NCBI GenBank assembly: GCA_027491435.1
Contig: JAOZFG010000031.1
Coordinates: 1-30,326 of the forward strand
Direction: 5' to 3'
DNA: 30,326 nt
From: Thermoproteota archaeon
GTDB lineage: Archaea > Korarchaeota > Korarchaeia > Korarchaeales > Korarchaeaceae
The notes beneath the pieces are model-generated. The model was not told where the DNA came from. It did no database searches and worked only from the letters and a program-made list of their open reading frames with translations. Below, piece by piece: positions 27,117 to 30,326 of this stretch. The translations under genes were made by a program, and so were the position numbers. Positions within the stretch are counted from its first letter, which is position 1. Every line of letters begins with the position of its first letter.

Positions 27117-27814
27117 GGTGCTATCAACTTAAGGTTTGTTATGAGCAGGGGGTCCGCCGATGTCATGGTGGGGAAGAAAGAGAACCCATTAAACTCCGTC
27201 AGGGAGCGGCCCCTGCAGTCATAGCCTATGCCCTTATTTACTTTCAGGCCTAAGCCTGAGGCGTGTCAGCCAGCCAGCGTCAGGAGAAGCTATGAGGGTA
27301 AGGATGGTACGGGTTTAGGCAGAATGAGCCGGATTTGCTGTAAAACAAGGGGGTAGCGTTGTGGACAAGACAGTGGTACTTCACTCAAGCTATTTACTGG
27401 GGTGACGCTGGACCCTGAGAACGTTATCTGACTTGAACTCAGCGATGAGAGGAGCTGGGGCGATGCCAGGGCCTTCCAAGAAGGTCAAGGGGAGGGGCGT
27501 CAGCGGTCATAACGGATGGAGGCCCATGGTACAGGCGTGCTGCAGCCTCCCTAGGCCTTAGAACGTGATGAGTGGTGGCGAGAGGAGCTACGTAGAGAGG
27601 GTCATAGACCATAAGACAGGCTCAGGGGATTCGACGTCTATTCACAGCAAGCGTTACCTGCTAACAAGCTGGGAAGGCTTCACGGCTTCATGTCTTAAAC
27701 TTCGTCAGCCACATGACCCTCAGAAGGGAGCCAGTACCTTGTATCAGGCCCCGAATGCAGAAAATGTTCATGCTGGTGGTTAGAGCGTGGGGGTGACCTT
27801 AAGTTGACAGCAAC
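27117..27814 (+). mobile_element. Degenerate IS6-family insertion sequence (698 bp)
   Basis: TIRs GGTGCTATCAACTTAAGG (27117-27134) and CCTTAAGTTGACAGCAAC (27797-27814), 16/18 identical; frameshifted DDE transposase inside. Confidence 0.85.
27141..27800 (+). pseudogene. IS6-family transposase pseudogene
   Basis: Fragments in shifting frames: VIAYA, SGLSLRRVS, VRRSYE, VVDKTVV, LDPE, LSDERSWGDARAF, VITDGGPWYRRAAASLGL, GGERSYVER, DRLRGFDVY. Boundaries approximate. Confidence 0.85.
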
Positions 27815-27815
27815 G

Positions 27816-28198
27816 TCGAAAGATAGTGTAATACTGGGTTTGCTGGAAAAGATGAGCTACAAGGTGTTCTTCCCGAGAGCTGGCATAATAGAAGTTGTAG
27901 CAGTATTGAAGCGGAGTGGCATGACGAGAGAGTATTTGCTAAAGGTCATGGAGAGTCTAAACAACCTTTTATAGTTGTCGATGAGAACGTGATACACGAG
28001 AAGGCTCTTGAAGTAGCATTAACAACGGCCCCATCCGGCTTTGACACCTACTTCCTCGCGCTAGCACTCCTCACAGACTCTCTACTCGTAACCGACGACA
28101 AGGGCATGGCAGAGCAAGCCAGGAGACTAAAGCTTAACGTGATCTTTCCTACCAGACATCATGATCAAGGTTGGTGCTTGAGAGGGAGCCGAGATTAA
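27816..28198 (+). pseudogene. PIN-domain toxin pseudogene, 5'-truncated at the IS end and frameshifted near 27965
   Basis: One frame reads YKVFFPRAGIIEVVAVLKR; the other reads IVVDENVIHEKALEVA...GFDTYFLALA...LVTDDKGM. The N-terminal D motif is missing. Confidence 0.75.
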
Positions 28199-28231
28199 TC
28201 CTCCAACCCCGTGTGACGGCTGTGGTCACCA

Positions 28232-28636
28232 TTACACAATGTCGTCTAGGCTTGCCACCTTTATAATACTACTTGCGGCTTGAAACAGCTTTTGATCTTC
28301 TGTTACAAGCATTAGCTTGTGTTTCCTGGCAAGTGCTATGTATGATGCATCATAGGCTGTCACTCCCTTGGAGGTCGCTATTTGAAGGATATCGTGTTCT
28401 AGGCCACTAGGCTCTAATATAACCATGTTCCGGACCAGCTCCGTGAAATCGCTAATCAGAGAAATTGCTTCTTCAAGGCTAAGCCTGCGTAGCAGGTGGG
28501 TCTCTTTCCAAAACGCGTTTAAAATCTCGTATACTGTGAGCCACTGTAATGCTTGTCCACCCAACGGCACCAGCTTAGCTTCTTTAAATGCCTTGACGAG
28601 GCTGGATGCATCAATCAAGTAAACAGGCTTCATCAT
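28232..28636 (-). CDS. vapC: PIN-domain toxin (VapC)
   Basis: YLIDASS, YEILNAFWK, TAYDASYIALA, LVTED. Confidence 0.92.
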   Translation of the reverse strand: MMKPVYLIDASSLVKAFKEAKLVPLGGQALQWLTVYEILNAFWKETHLLRRLSLEEAISLISDFTELVRNMVILEPSGLEHDILQIATSKGVTAYDASYIALARKHKLMLVTEDQKLFQAASSIIKVASLDDIV

Positions 28637-28863
28637 CTTGCCTCCCTATCCTCGCGGATTAGCCTTACTATCTCGTCAATTTCTATCTTGGCAAGCGTGT
28701 TGTGCTTCTTTTTCAGCTTCTCCTCTAAATTAACCAGTTTACGACGGCGCACTTCCTCCTCAAGAGCCCTTCTTATCAGCTCTGAAACATTAATATTTAG
28801 CCGCCTAGCCTCCTCTAAAAGCTCCCTCCTAACCTTGGCGGAAACAGTTACATACCTACCCAT
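28633..28863 (-). CDS. vapB: RHH antitoxin (VapB/CcdA-like)
   Basis: YVTVSAKV..EL..EARRLNINVSELIRRALEEEV...IREDRE; ATGA overlap with the toxin gene. Confidence 0.88.
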   Translation of the reverse strand: MGRYVTVSAKVRRELLEEARRLNINVSELIRRALEEEVRRRKLVNLEEKLKKKHNTLAKIEIDEIVRLIREDREAR

Positions 28864-28978
28864 AGGGTAAACACCTCATGTAAGATATACTATAGCTACT
28901 ACAATATAAACCTATACAGTAGACCAAGGGGGACAAAACTGCGCCTATAAAATAAGGAGTATTATCCATGGTGTGCGC

Positions 28979-29030
28979 GGTGGACCAGCCGGGATTAGTG
29001 GACCCGGGGCCCCTGCGGCTCCGAAGGCCG
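28979..29030 (-). pseudogene. Degenerate tRNA-Arg(TCG) 3'-half relic (att-like)
   Basis: Reverse complement CGGC-CT-TCG-GA-GCCG-CAGGGG-CCCCGGGTCCACTAATCCCGG-CTGGTCCACC: anticodon arm, distorted T-arm, acceptor 3' strand. No 5' half. Confidence 0.65.
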
Positions 29031-29197
29031 GGATATAAAAAAACAAAGTTTCCAGCAGAAACCATAAAAATGGAAACATGCTTCACGATTGATTATCGTT
29101 AGGGGTTTTTCAATGTAGATAATCTGGAAACACTCATCCTAGGAAAAGGCTAATTGGTTTGCGGGGCTATATTTGACGTGGGTGTAGGTATTGTCTA
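28979..29197 (+). repeat. Repeat unit copy A (tRNA relic + GGAAAC motifs + shared promoter/leader)
   Basis: Colinear with 29978-30189; exact shared blocks CTAGGAAAAGGCTAATTGGTT and the 32-mer at 29166-29197. Confidence 0.9.
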
Positions 29198-29403
29198 AAG
29201 CCGTAAGGGTGCGGTATGAGAAGGGTGTGCTTAAGCCCTTAGAGCCCGTGGACCTCCGAGAGGGAGAGGAGAGGATTGCAGTGCTCGTCCCGGTTGGGGA
29301 GGAGAGGAGGCAGATTCTCCGGAAATATCGAGGAATACTGGGTAAGACCACCCAGGAGGAGATGGAGGAGTTGCTAGCCGAGGCGGAGTGGGAGCCTCTA
29401 TGA
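29191..29403 (+). CDS. AF2212/DUF104-like antitoxin
   Basis: MSKAVRVRYEKGVLKPLEPVDLREGEE signature; ATGA overlap with the PIN gene. Confidence 0.88.
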   Translation: MSKAVRVRYEKGVLKPLEPVDLREGEERIAVLVPVGEERRQILRKYRGILGKTTQEEMEELLAEAEWEPL

Positions 29404-29858
29404 AGGAATACGTTTTCGTAGACTCTAACGTGTTCATCCAACTTCTCTATGAGGGTGCTCGGACCCCTGAGGCAGAAGAGCTCTTGGACAAATATCCACT
29501 ACTAGCAACAAGTATCGGAGTTGTAGATGAAGTACTCCACTTCATTGTAAGAAAAGAGGCAATGAATAAGTATGGTATAAGGAGATCTTACGACCTAAGA
29601 AAGCTTGTTAGGAGCAAAGGCGTAAGGTTTGCAAAAGAAAGCATAAACAATTTCGTCTCACTACTAAAAGAACTGTATGTAAAAGTAGTAGCAGATGTCG
29701 AGGCCCAGCCAAGCCGAATAGTCACCATCATGGACAACTATAGACTATCACCCAGAGACGCCATCATAGCACTGACATGCAGACACTACAGTATCGACAC
29801 TATCCTAACGTTTGACGAGGACTTCAAGCGAGTTCCATGGCTTAAAGTAGTTCCCTAG
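29400..29858 (+). CDS. vapC: PIN-domain toxin (VapC)
   Basis: VFVDSNVF, DEV, SPRDAIIALTC, ILTFDEDFKRVP; ATG 29400. Confidence 0.92.
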   Translation: MKEYVFVDSNVFIQLLYEGARTPEAEELLDKYPLLATSIGVVDEVLHFIVRKEAMNKYGIRRSYDLRKLVRSKGVRFAKESINNFVSLLKELYVKVVADVEAQPSRIVTIMDNYRLSPRDAIIALTCRHYSIDTILTFDEDFKRVPWLKVVP

Positions 29859-29977
29859 CCTGCCAGGATTATCAACCGCGGCTATCCCGGGTGAAGGGGA
29901 AACAAACATTGTACCAGCAACAGAATCCCTGGGTTAATACTCTTCTCTTCCAGAGAAATATATATAGGGTATATAAG

Positions 29978-30024
29978 TGGCGGGCCCGCCGGGATTAGGA
30001 ACCGGGACCTCCGGCTCCGGAGGC
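29978..30024 (-). pseudogene. tRNA-Arg(CCG) 3'-half relic ending in CCA (att-like)
   Basis: Reverse complement GCCT-CCG-GAGCCGGAGGTCCCGGTTCCTAATCCCGGCGGGCCCG-CCA. T-loop altered; no D-arm or 5' acceptor strand. Confidence 0.8.
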
Positions 30025-30189
30025 ACGGGGTATATAAGCAGTGCTTCCAGAAGAAACCATCAGTTGGAAACATTTTCCATAAATGGTTATCTCTTAGGGA
30101 TATCATTGTTGATAATCTGGAAACATCCTGCTAGGAAAAGGCTAATTGGTTGGTGGAGCTATATTTGACGTGGGTGTAGGTATTGTCTA
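29978..30189 (+). repeat. Repeat unit copy B
   Basis: Colinear with 28979-29197; exact 32-mer at 30158-30189. Confidence 0.9.
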
Positions 30190-30326
30190 GGGTTGTTAGG
30201 GTGAGGTATGAGACGGGCGTATTGCGGCCTCTCGATGATGTTGAGTTTGGAGAGGGGGAAGAGTTAGAGGTCATAATTGTTCGAAGGAATTTTAGGGGAT
30301 TCCGGGAGGAGGCAGGCAGATATAAG
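30183..30326 (+). CDS. Second AF2212/DUF104-like antitoxin (partial, runs off the window; absent from the ORF track)
   Basis: TTG 30183: MSRVVRVRYETGVLRPLDDVEFGEGEELEVIIVRRNFRGFREEAGRYK. Confidence 0.85.
   Translation, partial: MSRVVRVRYETGVLRPLDDVEFGEGEELEVIIVRRNFRGFREEAGRYK

Noticed and set aside
27565-27783. 72-aa ORF as a standalone gene
   Set aside because: It is a fragment of the frameshifted IS6 transposase.
29858-29900. Third tRNA 3'-half relic
   Set aside because: Resembles copy B over about 21 nt but has no convincing anticodon arm; better explained as the inverted GATAATCTGG repeat.
29978-30060. Intact tRNA-Arg gene
   Set aside because: No D-arm or 5' acceptor strand is present and the T-loop is altered; only a 3' half remains.
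29977-30168. ORF MAGPPGLGTGTSGSGG as an integrase fragment or real gene
   Set aside because: It is the antisense translation of the tRNA relic. SSV-type integrases do contain such sequence, but no recombinase motifs follow.
28979-30189. CRISPR array (GGAAAC/GTTTCC motifs recall repeat ends)
   Set aside because: No regularly spaced identical 24-40-nt repeats with unique spacers, and no cas genes.

Overview
Archaeal chromosomal segment, probably from a thermophilic TACK/Thermoproteota-type organism (inferred from ribosomal protein L13e, the LysW pathway, a box C/D sRNA, TATA-type promoters and frequent ATGA/GTGA/TTGA gene overlaps). Left to right: a duplicated COG4315-type secreted protein; a Tat-exported, membrane-anchored split-Soret-like cytochrome c coupled to a cytochrome b with no catalytic subunit nearby; a VapBC pair; FAH, HAD and secreted metallophosphoesterase genes; a dual-guide C/D sRNA; a liv-type ABC operon; a membrane protein/wHTH pair; an IS6-derived MITE; two tandem ArsB/NhaD-type permeases; a ThiF/MoeB E1-like enzyme; a double-hotdog thioesterase; L13e plus a PD-(D/E)XK nuclease with an anomalous start; and argX-lysYZ-lysWXJK. 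The last ~3.3 kb is accessory: a decayed IS6 element, a PIN pseudogene and a toxin-antitoxin array in which a ~220-bp unit repeats at ~1-kb spacing. Each unit carries a tRNA-Arg 3'-half relic (different anticodons), GGAAAC motifs and a shared promoter/leader feeding a DUF104 antitoxin. This array is the strongest candidate for an undescribed system. All calls come from reading motifs by eye; no database searches were run.
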